Assembly (NCBI GenBank): GCA_965263025.1
Contig: OZ253578.1
Coordinates: forward strand, 2,943,300-3,007,299
Direction of reading: 5' to 3'
Source: Chloroflexota bacterium
GTDB taxonomy: Bacteria; Chloroflexota; UBA11872; VXNJ01
Length of the DNA: 64,000 bases
Position numbers and translations under genes: made by a program. A model generated the notes under the pieces. That model had not been told where the DNA came from, did no database searches, and was given only the letters and a program-made list of their open reading frames with translations. Of the stretch, positions 35,886 to 45,057 are shown in pieces; the first letter of the stretch is position 1, and each line of letters starts with the position of its first letter.

Positions 35886-36209
35886 CTAGCCGCGTTTTGT
35901 GAATAGGGTCCGCCATGCGCGGGCGGCTTCACGCCGTGAAGCCGTTTGGGGTGGCCTCGACCGCACGTAGCGGTCGGTCAGCCAGCGCGCGATCATCCAG
36001 ACGACCACGCACCCGATCCCCAGGCTGCCCAGAACCAGGAATATCTGAGGGTCGAAGTCGATGAAGGGCCAAATAACCAGGCGGAGGATGAAGAACACGC
36101 CGTAGATTGCGAGAGTTACCCTAATGGACCACAGCAATCGCCGCCGGAAGCCGGACTGCAAGATGAACATTGCGGCGACGACGAAACTGGCGACTAGCAA
36201 GATTCTCAA
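35886..36209 (-). CDS. small integral membrane protein, unknown function
   Basis: 107 aa with three hydrophobic helices and a basic C-terminal tail. It is co-directional with and 33 nt downstream of the K+ channel gene. Confidence 0.5.
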   Translation of the reverse strand: MRILLVASFVVAAMFILQSGFRRRLLWSIRVTLAIYGVFFILRLVIWPFIDFDPQIFLVLGSLGIGCVVVWMIARWLTDRYVRSRPPQTASRREAARAWRTLFTKRG

Positions 36210-36241
36210 GGTTCAGTCCAGGCCCGCCGGCGCTGGCCGGT

Positions 36242-37339
36242 TCAATTTGCCACCGTCGACGCGGCGCCGGCGAATTTGTCGAGATCGTCTGGCGAGCCAA
36301 CGGCGACAAGCTGGTCGCCCTCAAGGAGTTTCACGTCTTTGCTGGGCATGAAGCGGAGGTCGTCGTCGCCCCGTCTGAGGGCAATCAAGTCGACCGCCAG
36401 GCGCTCGTCTTCACAGTAATGGATAGCTTTGTCCTTGATCGGCGACTGGGAGGTTAACTCCACTTGGCGGAGCACGATGTCGCCGTGCAACTCGTCGGAG
36501 AGCATGGCGATCACTTGCGCAACCAGCGGTCGGGTCAACAGAAAGGCCATCTGCTGAGCGCCGGCATTGTAGGGAGTGACGGAATAGTCGGCGCCGGCCT
36601 TGCGCAGCTTATCCAGCGCGGAGTCGTTGGCGGCTCGCGCCACGATCTTGACTTCGGGCGCGAGCGATCGGGCGGAGAGCGTGACGAAGGCATTTTCGGC
36701 GTCGGAGTCTAGCGCCGCGACGAGGCCTTTGGCCCGCTCCAGCCCGGCGGCGATCAGGCTGGCGTCTTCGGTGGCGTCACCCCGGACGACCGGCAGGCCC
36801 ATCGCCTCGGCGGACTGGCAGCTTTCGCCGTCGATCTCGACAACACATGCCGCGTGCCCTTCGCGGAGCAGTTCACTGACGATGCCCCGGCCCATGCGGC
36901 CGAATCCGCAAACTATGTAGTGTCCGCTGAGTTGTGAAACCAATCTGCGTAACCGGCGTCTCCGAATGCCCGTGGCGAAATGCCCTTCCGCGACATATTC
37001 CGCAATCGCGGCGATAGCGTAGAGGGCGCCGCCTACACCGAATACTACTAGCCCCAGGGTCAGGATGCGGCCCGCCAGGCTTAGTGGATAGACTTCGCCG
37101 AAGCCAACCGTCGTAAGGGTGATCGCGACCATGTAGAGGGAGTCGAGCAGCGACCAGCCTTCGATGATCTGATAGGCGACGGTTGCGCCGATGGCGTTCA
37201 AGGTGATGAATGCGACGGAGCCGAGGATTCTGCGCCGAAGCCGAGCTTCTTCCTTGGCCGCCTCCTGGGTCCGCTGGAGTTGCGCCGCGCGCAAGATTCG
37301 GGGCGCCCACCCGGGTGGTCCGTCCGGACTACGGGCCAT
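36242..37339 (-). CDS. potassium channel with RCK (TrkA-N/TrkA-C) gating domains
   Basis: 365 aa. It has two TM helices flanking the pore signature TLTTVGFGE, a Rossmann-type TrkA-N domain (IVCGFGRMG) and a TrkA-C domain. Its start overlaps the pheA stop by 11 nt. Confidence 0.82.
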   Translation of the reverse strand: MARSPDGPPGWAPRILRAAQLQRTQEAAKEEARLRRRILGSVAFITLNAIGATVAYQIIEGWSLLDSLYMVAITLTTVGFGEVYPLSLAGRILTLGLVVFGVGGALYAIAAIAEYVAEGHFATGIRRRRLRRLVSQLSGHYIVCGFGRMGRGIVSELLREGHAACVVEIDGESCQSAEAMGLPVVRGDATEDASLIAAGLERAKGLVAALDSDAENAFVTLSARSLAPEVKIVARAANDSALDKLRKAGADYSVTPYNAGAQQMAFLLTRPLVAQVIAMLSDELHGDIVLRQVELTSQSPIKDKAIHYCEDERLAVDLIALRRGDDDLRFMPSKDVKLLEGDQLVAVGSPDDLDKFAGAASTVAN

Positions 37340-38426
37340 AGTTCCTGGCCGGCCAGGCTCCGAGCACTTTGATGAGCGTGCACAGGCCGCGGATTCTTTC
37401 GACGGCTCCCTTCACGGCAGGATCGTCGGGATGCCCGCCGAACTCGATGAAGAAGACGTAGTCGCCCGAGTCCCGCTGCGCCCGTCCCCTGGCTGGACGT
37501 GTCTGAATGTTCGAGAGATTGAGGTCATGACTCCGCAGGACTCCGAGGACATCGTGCAGGGCGCCAACGCGATCGACGACCGCGATTATCAATGCCGTCT
37601 TGTCATCGCCAGTGGATGGATTCGACGCGCGTCCGAGGACGAAAAACCGCGTGGTGTTGTCGGCGAAGTCCTGAAGGTCGCTTCTCACGACGGCGAGACC
37701 GTAGGCTTCGGCGCCTTCTTTTGGCCCCAGCGCCGCGGCGCCGGTCTCCGATGCCGCGCGGCTGGCGGCGGCGGCGGTGCTGGCTACCTCGACTCGGTCG
37801 GCTCGCGGCAGATTCTCGGTCAGCCACATGCGGCATTGATCCAGAGCCTGAGGATGCGAGTAGACGACCTTGATTGCGGCCAACGCGCTCCTGGAGAGAA
37901 GGTGATGCGTTATCGACAGGGTGGTTTCGCCGACTATGCGGGCGGTGGTCTCGACAAACATATCGAGGGTTTCACCCACGGTTCCGGCAGTGCTGTTTTC
38001 GATCGGCGTCACGCCGTAATCGGTAGTGCCCCGCTCAACCATGGCGAAGACTTGCCGTATCGACGCGGCCGCATGGTATTCGGCTTCCGATCCGAACTCC
38101 CTCTCGGCCGCGCGATGGGTATGAGTCCGCTCGGGTCCAAGGAACGCCACGCTTATGGGGTGCTCGAGCGGGCGTCCGACGGTCATGATCTGGGCGAAGA
38201 TCGACGCAATGGCCGAATCCGGCATAGGGCCGGTGTTGGCCGAAATCATGTTGCTGATTACCTGAGCTTCGCGCGCCGGCTGGTATACGGGCGTCTTTGT
38301 GAAACTCTTCGCTTTTCCGATTTTGGTTACAACCGCTGCGCGCTGGTTGAGAGATTGAAGTATGTGGGAGTCGAGGCGGTCGACTTCCCTGCGCAATCGT
38401 TCGATTTCTTCGGATTGATCGTTCAT
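37329..38426 (-). CDS. pheA: bifunctional chorismate mutase / prephenate dehydratase
   Basis: 365 aa with an N-terminal CM_2 helix bundle (IERLRREVDRLDSHILQSLNQRA), a PDT domain (VAFLGPERTHTH...) and a C-terminal ACT domain. Confidence 0.88.
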   Translation of the reverse strand: MNDQSEEIERLRREVDRLDSHILQSLNQRAAVVTKIGKAKSFTKTPVYQPAREAQVISNMISANTGPMPDSAIASIFAQIMTVGRPLEHPISVAFLGPERTHTHRAAEREFGSEAEYHAAASIRQVFAMVERGTTDYGVTPIENSTAGTVGETLDMFVETTARIVGETTLSITHHLLSRSALAAIKVVYSHPQALDQCRMWLTENLPRADRVEVASTAAAASRAASETGAAALGPKEGAEAYGLAVVRSDLQDFADNTTRFFVLGRASNPSTGDDKTALIIAVVDRVGALHDVLGVLRSHDLNLSNIQTRPARGRAQRDSGDYVFFIEFGGHPDDPAVKGAVERIRGLCTLIKVLGAWPARNYGP

Positions 38427-38544
38427 CGGCTATCGGCTAACCTGGCGCCTCTCGCAGATTCCGGCCCGCTGGACTGGACGGTCGCGCTATTTTTTCACAG
38501 CGCGCGTGCAAGCGTCCAAAGCCGCGTGGCGCAGGGTTGCCCGT

Positions 38545-39426
38545 TCAGCGAGTTTCGGCGCGAGCGGCCGTCGCGGTGCCGGCCAGATGCGCAAGGTACA
38601 CCGGCACGAGCGGGAGGACGCAGGGCGAAAGGAACGACAGCACGCCGGCCACAAATGCGGGGATGACCCAACCGGCGCCAATCGAGCGTCCGAGCTGCGA
38701 GGTGAGAAAGGCGTCGTCGACAACCGGAACGGCGCCGAGCAATGCGCCAAGCCTGGACGCCAGGTCGAAAGCGATAAGCAGGCCGAACGCGATAAGCCCC
38801 ACGCCACTTACGAGATTCACCGTTGTGGAGTGGCGCTGCACGGCTCGAATTACGCCGCGAGCGCGATTGAGGAACGCCGCGGCAAGCACGAAGGGGATGC
38901 CGAGACCCAGCGAGTAAGCCATAAGGAGGAACATCGCGGCGGTGGCTTCGGACGTGTTAAACGCTGCCGAAAGAATTCCTCCCAGAACGAATCCAACGCA
39001 GGGCGTCCAGCCGAGCGCGAACGCCATCCCCACTCCAAGCGACGAGCCGATGCCGCGTCGGGTTGGCTGGTAGTCGACGCGCTTTTCGGAGTAGAGAACC
39101 TCGACCAGCCGGAACATCGCTTTGGAGACGGGCCGAAAAGGCGCCGGCAACTGGCCGCGCTGGTCGATTTGAAGGAGCCAGAAGGTAGTGATGCGGAGCA
39201 CTCCGGTAACGTGGATTCCGAATAGCACGAGCAGCACGCCGGCGACCAGGTTTATCCATCTGCGCGCGTCTTGCACCAGGTAACCAACGAGTCCGACGGA
39301 AGCGCCGAAAAACGAAAAGACCAGCGTAAATCCGAGAACGAAGAAGAGCGCGTGCACCACGACTCCCGCGCCCCGGGCCTCGGAGGCGGTTCCCGGTTGT
39401 TCGCTCAGCCGCACCTGATCAAGCAT
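38545..39426 (-). CDS. ccdA: CcdA/DsbD-family thiol:disulfide transmembrane electron transporter, apparently circularly permuted
   Basis: 293 aa. LGFTLVFSFFG (TM2-like) is near the N-terminus, FALGWTPCVGFVLGGIL (TM4) is central, and the TM1 signature LSFLSPCVLPLVPVYL is at the extreme C-terminus. Confidence 0.7.
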   Translation of the reverse strand: MLDQVRLSEQPGTASEARGAGVVVHALFFVLGFTLVFSFFGASVGLVGYLVQDARRWINLVAGVLLVLFGIHVTGVLRITTFWLLQIDQRGQLPAPFRPVSKAMFRLVEVLYSEKRVDYQPTRRGIGSSLGVGMAFALGWTPCVGFVLGGILSAAFNTSEATAAMFLLMAYSLGLGIPFVLAAAFLNRARGVIRAVQRHSTTVNLVSGVGLIAFGLLIAFDLASRLGALLGAVPVVDDAFLTSQLGRSIGAGWVIPAFVAGVLSFLSPCVLPLVPVYLAHLAGTATAARAETR

Positions 39427-39714
39427 CGCCGTGTCTCGTTGAACTCAAGGTTACGATCCCTTCGCTGGGAACTATCGGTTCGAGGCTGCCCGGCAGCGAG
39501 GCCTTCCAAAATAGATACGGTTTATCAACGTCGACGGTTTCGCGCCCCGAACCGCTGGATCAACGATAACGCACCGTATAAGAATGAAGTAGCATTCGTA
39601 TCGAATCTACGGTTGCAATAGTTCGAGCCGATCCGCGCGCGACCGGCGACGGCGCAGCTTCGTCGTCAACGCTGGACCAGCGATCGGCTGATATGGAGGG
39701 ATTCCGCCAGGACC

Positions 39715-40929
39715 GTGAATTTCCTTATTGCGCTCGAGTGCGCGGAGTGCGGCGTTCGCGCCGATCCGTCCGAGGTTGCCAATACCTGCGTCGAGTGCGG
39801 TTCGACGCTACTGGCGGTGTATGACCTGGACGCTGCCCGGGAATCCATCACCAAGGAGACGTGGAGCCGCCGGCCCGCGGGGTTATGGCGATACCGCGAG
39901 TTGCTGCCGGTCTCCCGTCGAGAAAACGAGATAGATCTGGGCGAGGGCGGCACTCCAGGGCTTCGGCTGCGCCGGCTCGAATCTGAATTTGGCCTCGAGA
40001 ATCTGTGGCTTAAGGACGAGGGCGCCAACCCGACGGGCACGTTCAAGGCTCGCGGCGCGGCCGCGGGCGCCTCCAAAGCACGCGAACTTGGTCTGAAGGA
40101 ATGGGCCATGCCAACGGCCGGCAATGCGGGGAGCGCGTGGTCGGCGTACGCGGCCAAGGCGGGGGCGGACCTGCACGTGGTGATGCCGGCGGACACTCCA
40201 ACGGCGAACGTGGCCGAATGCGTTGCCTACGGCGCCAAGGTCTATCTCGTGGACGGCCTTATCTCAGACGCGGGGCGGCTGGTGGCCGAAGCGTGTTCGC
40301 GTCTCGGCTGGTATGACGTTTCGACTCTCAAGGAGCCTTACCGGGTCGAAGGCAAGAAAACGATGGGCTTTGAGATAGCCGAGCAATTCGGATGGGACCT
40401 GCCGGACGTGATTCTCTACCCGACTGGCGGCGGAGTGGGGCTGATCGGATTGTGGAAGGCCTTCGACGAGCTAGAGGCGCTGGGGTGGATCGGACCGCGC
40501 CGCCCGCGATTGGTGGCGGTTCAGGCGGAAGGCTGCGCGCCGGTAGTTCGTGCCTACGAGAACAACGCCGAGCACTGCGAGCTTTGGGAGAACGCCAGCA
40601 CGCGCGCCTTTGGTCTCCGCGTTCCGAAGCCGTTCGCTGACCGGCTGGTGTTGCGGATCCTGCGCGAAACCGGCGGGACGGCCGTGGTTGTTTCCGAAAG
40701 GGACATCATGCTGTCGATGCCCCGGCTTGCGCGTTTGGAGGGGCTGTACGTCTGTCCCGAAGGCGCCGCGTCGATTGCGGCTATCGAGCGTCTGCGCGAC
40801 AGCGGGTGGCTGAGCAGCGATGATCGAGTGCTGATCCTCAACACGGGAAACGCGCTGAAGTACGTAGACCTGCTTCCGCTGCCGGACCTGCCGGTGCTAA
40901 AGCCTGACGCGGCGCTGACTCCGGCATAA
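39715..40929 (+). CDS. thrC: threonine synthase (short form with N-terminal zinc ribbon)
   Basis: 404 aa with a GTG start. It has CAEC...CVEC, the PLP-lysine context NPTGTFKARGA, and the glycine-rich loop PTGGGVG. Confidence 0.8.
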   Translation: MNFLIALECAECGVRADPSEVANTCVECGSTLLAVYDLDAARESITKETWSRRPAGLWRYRELLPVSRRENEIDLGEGGTPGLRLRRLESEFGLENLWLKDEGANPTGTFKARGAAAGASKARELGLKEWAMPTAGNAGSAWSAYAAKAGADLHVVMPADTPTANVAECVAYGAKVYLVDGLISDAGRLVAEACSRLGWYDVSTLKEPYRVEGKKTMGFEIAEQFGWDLPDVILYPTGGGVGLIGLWKAFDELEALGWIGPRRPRLVAVQAEGCAPVVRAYENNAEHCELWENASTRAFGLRVPKPFADRLVLRILRETGGTAVVVSERDIMLSMPRLARLEGLYVCPEGAASIAAIERLRDSGWLSSDDRVLILNTGNALKYVDLLPLPDLPVLKPDAALTPA

Positions 40930-41052
40930 TATGGCATCGATGGAAACGCGATTGTGGATAGTGCGAGCAAAGCCGGGCGCGGTCGGTGTTGACCTGCCGT
41001 TTTTTACGGTGATACGGTTGGCGGGCGCGCAACCCGAAGAGTGAGGGTCTGA

Positions 41053-41352
41053 TTGGACGATAGCCAAAACGCCGAGCGTCTCGTGCTTGCGGTAGTGGAA
41101 AACGCCCACGCGGGCAACGTCCAAAACGCGCTGGTGGAAAAGAAATTCCGGGTCACGCGCATCAACACGGCCGGCGGCTTCCTTCGCAAGGGAAACGTTA
41201 CGTTGCTGGCTGGCGTGCCGGCCGATCAGGTGGACGAGGTTATCGAGATCATTCGGGAGCGAACGCGAAAGGCGGAGCCGTCGGACGCGGACGATCCGGC
41301 TGTGTCGACCATGCTCTTCGTTCTCCCGGTGTCGCGGTTCGCGCGGATCTAG
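41053..41352 (+). CDS. second DarA-like (DUF970, P-II-like) protein, internally shortened
   Basis: 99 aa: LVLAVVENAH...FRVTRINTAGGFLRKGNVTLLAGV...MLFVLPVSRF. It is a clear paralogue of 28064-28423 but lacks about 20 residues before the last strand. Confidence 0.7.
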   Translation: MDDSQNAERLVLAVVENAHAGNVQNALVEKKFRVTRINTAGGFLRKGNVTLLAGVPADQVDEVIEIIRERTRKAEPSDADDPAVSTMLFVLPVSRFARI

Positions 41353-41539
41353 CACGTCCTGGCGGCTGGACGGGCGCACGTGTGTCGAAAGTCTTCAGGT
41401 TCCCTTTGTGGGGCTATCATTGCGTATAACTACTATGGCGGTGCGCGGCTCGGGCGGCAAAGCTCCGGGGCGGCGGCGCAGGTATTCGGGGGGCCGGTTT
41501 GAGGAGGTTTGACGCGGCGATTTAATCGCACGGCCACTG

Positions 41540-42940
41540 ATGGCGCTCAAAAAACTTGTAGTCTTTCACACAAACGACATCCAGGACGCACCCGCCAGGG
41601 ACTTCTCGCGCCTTACGGCGTTGCTTCGGGCGCTGCGCTCTGGCGGAACGAGTCGACCGATCACTATTGACGCGGGCGACGGATTTCAATTCTTCGACTT
41701 GATGCCGCTCGTCGATTACGACGCCGTGGCGCTTGGCAATGAAGACCTGACGGTAGAGGGGTTGAAGGCAGTGCGGCGCGCCAGCGACTCGCTGCCGTTC
41801 GTATGCGCGAACTTCGAACTCAAGGTCCCAGGCCGCTCGATCAGCCGGCGGCCAAGGTGGTGCCGACCGTACCGGATATTCCGGCGCTCCGGACTGAAAG
41901 TGGCGGTTCTGGGTCTGGTGATGCGGGACGACGGCTTTATGCTCAGCAAGAAATATGACCCCGCCGTGGTCGTCTCCGACCCGATCGAAACGGCCCGGAA
42001 GTGGATACCGGAGGCGCGATCGAACGCCGACGTAGTGATAGTTCTTTTCCACGGCTGGCTGCCGGAGAGAGACCGGCTCGTATACAGATACCCGGAGATC
42101 GACGTAGTTTTGAGCGGACACGAACATCTTATTTCCGGTTACGGCGAAATAGCCGGAACCATCGTCGGTCAGGCGCACAGCAATATTCGTTCGGTCGGCA
42201 GGCTCGAAGTCTGCCTGCGAGGTATATGGCTCGACTCCTGGTCGGGCCTCATTCACCCGGCGGAGAGCTACTCGCTGTCGGCGCCCGACGTGGACAAGGC
42301 GCTGGAGGTGGATTCGAAAAACGGGGTCGACTCGCGAGTGCTCGCGGAGTCGTTAACCGACTTCCGCCCACATCAATACTGGCTTGACATAAACGGCAAC
42401 AACGTAAACCTGCGCCCCAACACGCCGCTCGGCAACTGGCTGGTCGATTCCATACGGTCATATACGAAGGCTGACGTGGCAATCCAGAAAGCGTGGGGGA
42501 TTCAGCACGTTTTCGGGCAGGGGCCCATACGTAAGTCTGACGTTGACGAAATGATCGTCTACGACGAGGAGTTGTGGGTCGTTGGTCTGCGTGGCCGGGA
42601 CCTGAAGGCCGTGCTCGAATACGGGTTTGAGCGCTCGTACAACAACCTGGCGTTTTCGGGAGCCAGACTGAAGGTGGACTACCGAAAGCCGAAGGGCGAG
42701 CGAGTCGTGAAGGCCATCGTTGGCGGCAGGCGAATCGATCCCGACCGTGTATACAAGGTTGCGACTTCGGAATTTCTGGCCGGGGGAAACGCGGGCTTTC
42801 GCTGGATGCTGGACTCGGTGGAGCCGGCCGCTCTGGGAGTGCGGTTGCGGGAGTTCGTGGCCGAGCGGCTGAACGAGCAAGGCACTTTGACGGGCGTGAA
42901 AACCGGACGCTTGGCGGAGGTCGGCACCCAAACGGATTGA
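41540..42940 (+). CDS. 5'-nucleotidase/metallophosphatase-family protein (UshA/CpdB-like) with degenerate catalytic motifs
   Basis: 466 aa with an N-terminal calcineurin-like domain (HTNDIQ, DAGDG, GNED, GHEH) and a C-terminal 5'-nucleotidase substrate-binding domain. No signal peptide is visible. Confidence 0.7.
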   Translation: MALKKLVVFHTNDIQDAPARDFSRLTALLRALRSGGTSRPITIDAGDGFQFFDLMPLVDYDAVALGNEDLTVEGLKAVRRASDSLPFVCANFELKVPGRSISRRPRWCRPYRIFRRSGLKVAVLGLVMRDDGFMLSKKYDPAVVVSDPIETARKWIPEARSNADVVIVLFHGWLPERDRLVYRYPEIDVVLSGHEHLISGYGEIAGTIVGQAHSNIRSVGRLEVCLRGIWLDSWSGLIHPAESYSLSAPDVDKALEVDSKNGVDSRVLAESLTDFRPHQYWLDINGNNVNLRPNTPLGNWLVDSIRSYTKADVAIQKAWGIQHVFGQGPIRKSDVDEMIVYDEELWVVGLRGRDLKAVLEYGFERSYNNLAFSGARLKVDYRKPKGERVVKAIVGGRRIDPDRVYKVATSEFLAGGNAGFRWMLDSVEPAALGVRLREFVAERLNEQGTLTGVKTGRLAEVGTQTD

Positions 42941-43115
42941 GCGGCTGAGGCATCGTCTTGCGCATGTGTCCCGGGGTGGTTCTAAAGGGGGCGACCGTTG
43001 GCGCCAGGCGGCCAGATGCAGTTTGGACGTCGTAAGTTTGTAATTCAGGGAGCCATCTCTACGGGCACACGCGGAATTGGCAAGCCATAGCGCCGCTCAA
43101 TAAGGTCTAGCCGTT

Positions 43116-44930
43116 ATGACCTTTGAAACCGCGTTCGTGCTGGCCGTGCTTGCGGTGGCGATGGGGCTTTTCGGCACGGGGAAATTCCCACCCGATCTCA
43201 TCGCTCTGGGTGTTCTGGTCGCCGTTGCGCTCGCCGGCGTGCTGGATGCCGGCCAGGCCATCGGTGGATTCGCCAATCCGGCGGTGGTGACGATCGGCGC
43301 TGTGTACGTGATGAGCAGCGGCCTGGCGCGCACGGGCGTGGCTTACGAGATCGGGCGGCTGATCCGGCGTCTGTCCGGCACGAGTGAAGTGCGGCTGCTG
43401 GCGATAACGATGCTGGTCGCGGCGGGTCTTTCGGCGTTTATGAACGCAATCGCCGCCGCGGCGGTTTTGTTGCCGGCGGTGGTGGCGGCCGCGCGGGAAA
43501 TGAACACTCCAATCTCCCGAGTCCTGATTCCATTGTCGTACGCGACGCTGATGGGAAGCCTGCTTACGCTTGTCGGAACCCCCGCAAACCTGCTTGTCCA
43601 CAGCTTGCTGATCGAAGAAGGATATTCGGGATTCAGCCTGTTTGAGTTCACCCCATTCGGTCTCGCGGCGCTTGGGGTGGGCGTGGCAGTGATGACGCTT
43701 GGCGGGCGTCGATTGCTTCCGGTTCGGGCCGCGGGAGCCGAAATCGCGGCGATGCTGTCCGCGGGACGGCGCGAGCATCCTCTATACAAACTGGAGGATC
43801 GGCTATTCGAGATCTACGCGCCAGCGGCGAGCGACCTGACGGGAAAGACCCTCAGCGACGCCGCCATGGGCGAGTCGTTTGGGGTGTGGGTGGTCGCGAT
43901 CAGCCGAGGTGGAAGGACGATAGTCTCGCTTACGTCGTCCACGGCGATTATCGCCGGCGACGTTCTGATCGTCAGCGCCCGCCCCGAAGATCTGGACGCG
44001 CTCGCCGACGCGCATTCGCTTGTCGTTCGCAGTGAAGTTGAAATGGGAACAAGCGCTCTGCAGAATGAATCGGTCGAAATCGTCGAAGCGGCGCTCGCGC
44101 CGCGCAGCCGGCTGCAAGGACAGACGCTCAATAGGATCGGCTTCCGCGACCGCTACGGACTGAACGTGCTTGGAATCTGGCGCGACGGCGTGCCGCGCCG
44201 GACCCATCTCCAGAATATTCCGCTGGAGGCGGGTGACGCGTTTCTGGTGCATGGACCGCTTGCCCGTATCGAGAGGCTGCGACGGTCCCCGGATTTCGTC
44301 GTCCTGACGGAGCAGACCGGCCAGCCGTTCCGCCGCCGCCGAGCGCCGGTGGCGATAGCGATATTGCTTGGATTCGTGGTGGCGCTGGTCGCCGGATGGG
44401 CTTCGGTGCCGATCGTGGCGGTGACGGCGGCGGTTGCGATGGTGGCGACTGGCTGCCTGGACATCACGGAAGCGCGATCCAGCGTCGAGTGGCGGGCCGT
44501 CGTGCTAATCGGCGCGATGCTGGCGCTTGCCGAGGCGATGCGCGAGACGGGCGCCGCGAGCCTGATGGCTTCCGGGCTGGTCTCCAACCTGGACGCGTTC
44601 GGCCCCTGGCTCGTCGTGGCTGGGGTTATGTTGCTTACGTTCGTGTTCACGCACGTGCTAGGCAACCACGTAACAGCCGTTCTGATGACCCCCATCGCCA
44701 TTGACGCGGCGATTCGAGTGGACGCCGATCCGCGAATGTTTGCGCTTGCGGTCGCGCTGGCCGCCGCCACGGGATTCATCTCGCCGTATTCGCATCCGGG
44801 AAACATATTGGTTATGGGGCCGGGGAATTACCGCTTTGGCGACTACGCCAAGGCGGGATCGGTGATGGCGGTCCCGATTTTGGCGGCGCTGTTCGGGATG
44901 CTTGTGTTGGTGTTTGGAGTGCTGGGGTAG
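43116..44930 (+). CDS. SLC13/DASS-family anion transporter with two central TrkA-C (RCK_C) domains
   Basis: 604 aa. Hydrophobic halves flank two soluble repeats (…GKTLSDAAMGESFGVWVVAISRGG…, …GQTLNRIGFRDRYGLNVLGIWRDG…), typical of the CitT/YbiR-like permease architecture. Confidence 0.78.
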   Translation: MTFETAFVLAVLAVAMGLFGTGKFPPDLIALGVLVAVALAGVLDAGQAIGGFANPAVVTIGAVYVMSSGLARTGVAYEIGRLIRRLSGTSEVRLLAITMLVAAGLSAFMNAIAAAAVLLPAVVAAAREMNTPISRVLIPLSYATLMGSLLTLVGTPANLLVHSLLIEEGYSGFSLFEFTPFGLAALGVGVAVMTLGGRRLLPVRAAGAEIAAMLSAGRREHPLYKLEDRLFEIYAPAASDLTGKTLSDAAMGESFGVWVVAISRGGRTIVSLTSSTAIIAGDVLIVSARPEDLDALADAHSLVVRSEVEMGTSALQNESVEIVEAALAPRSRLQGQTLNRIGFRDRYGLNVLGIWRDGVPRRTHLQNIPLEAGDAFLVHGPLARIERLRRSPDFVVLTEQTGQPFRRRRAPVAIAILLGFVVALVAGWASVPIVAVTAAVAMVATGCLDITEARSSVEWRAVVLIGAMLALAEAMRETGAASLMASGLVSNLDAFGPWLVVAGVMLLTFVFTHVLGNHVTAVLMTPIAIDAAIRVDADPRMFALAVALAAATGFISPYSHPGNILVMGPGNYRFGDYAKAGSVMAVPILAALFGMLVLVFGVLG

Positions 44931-45001
44931 GGAATCTCGCCCCTGGTAGGTTGAAACGCCCTCTGAGACTGACGATCAGTCGTATGTGACCGCCTGGCTG
45001 G

Positions 45002-45033
45002 GGGGACGGAGAGGGGGCATCCCCTCTCCGTCC
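45002..45033. terminator. perfect 14-bp-stem hairpin between convergent genes
   Basis: GGGACGGAGAGGGG (45002-45015) / GCAT / CCCCTCTCCGTCCC (45020-45033). It is sequence-related to the GGGGAGAGGGG repeat family. There is no clear U-tract. Confidence 0.45.
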
Positions 45034-45057
45034 CTGAACGTGCCAGATGTTCTTGCG

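Noticed and set aside
38427-38547. Possible selenocysteine readthrough of the TGA that ends the permuted ccdA gene.
   Set aside because: - The in-frame continuation (TGNPAPRGFGRLHARCEKIARPSS...) is not membrane-protein-like and ends after 35 codons.
- There is no hairpin directly after the TGA.
- It is an ordinary stop.
37191-38666. A 491-aa ORF on the plus strand.
   Set aside because: - It is antisense to pheA, whose product has clear chorismate mutase, prephenate dehydratase and ACT domains.
- It has no recognisable motifs of its own.
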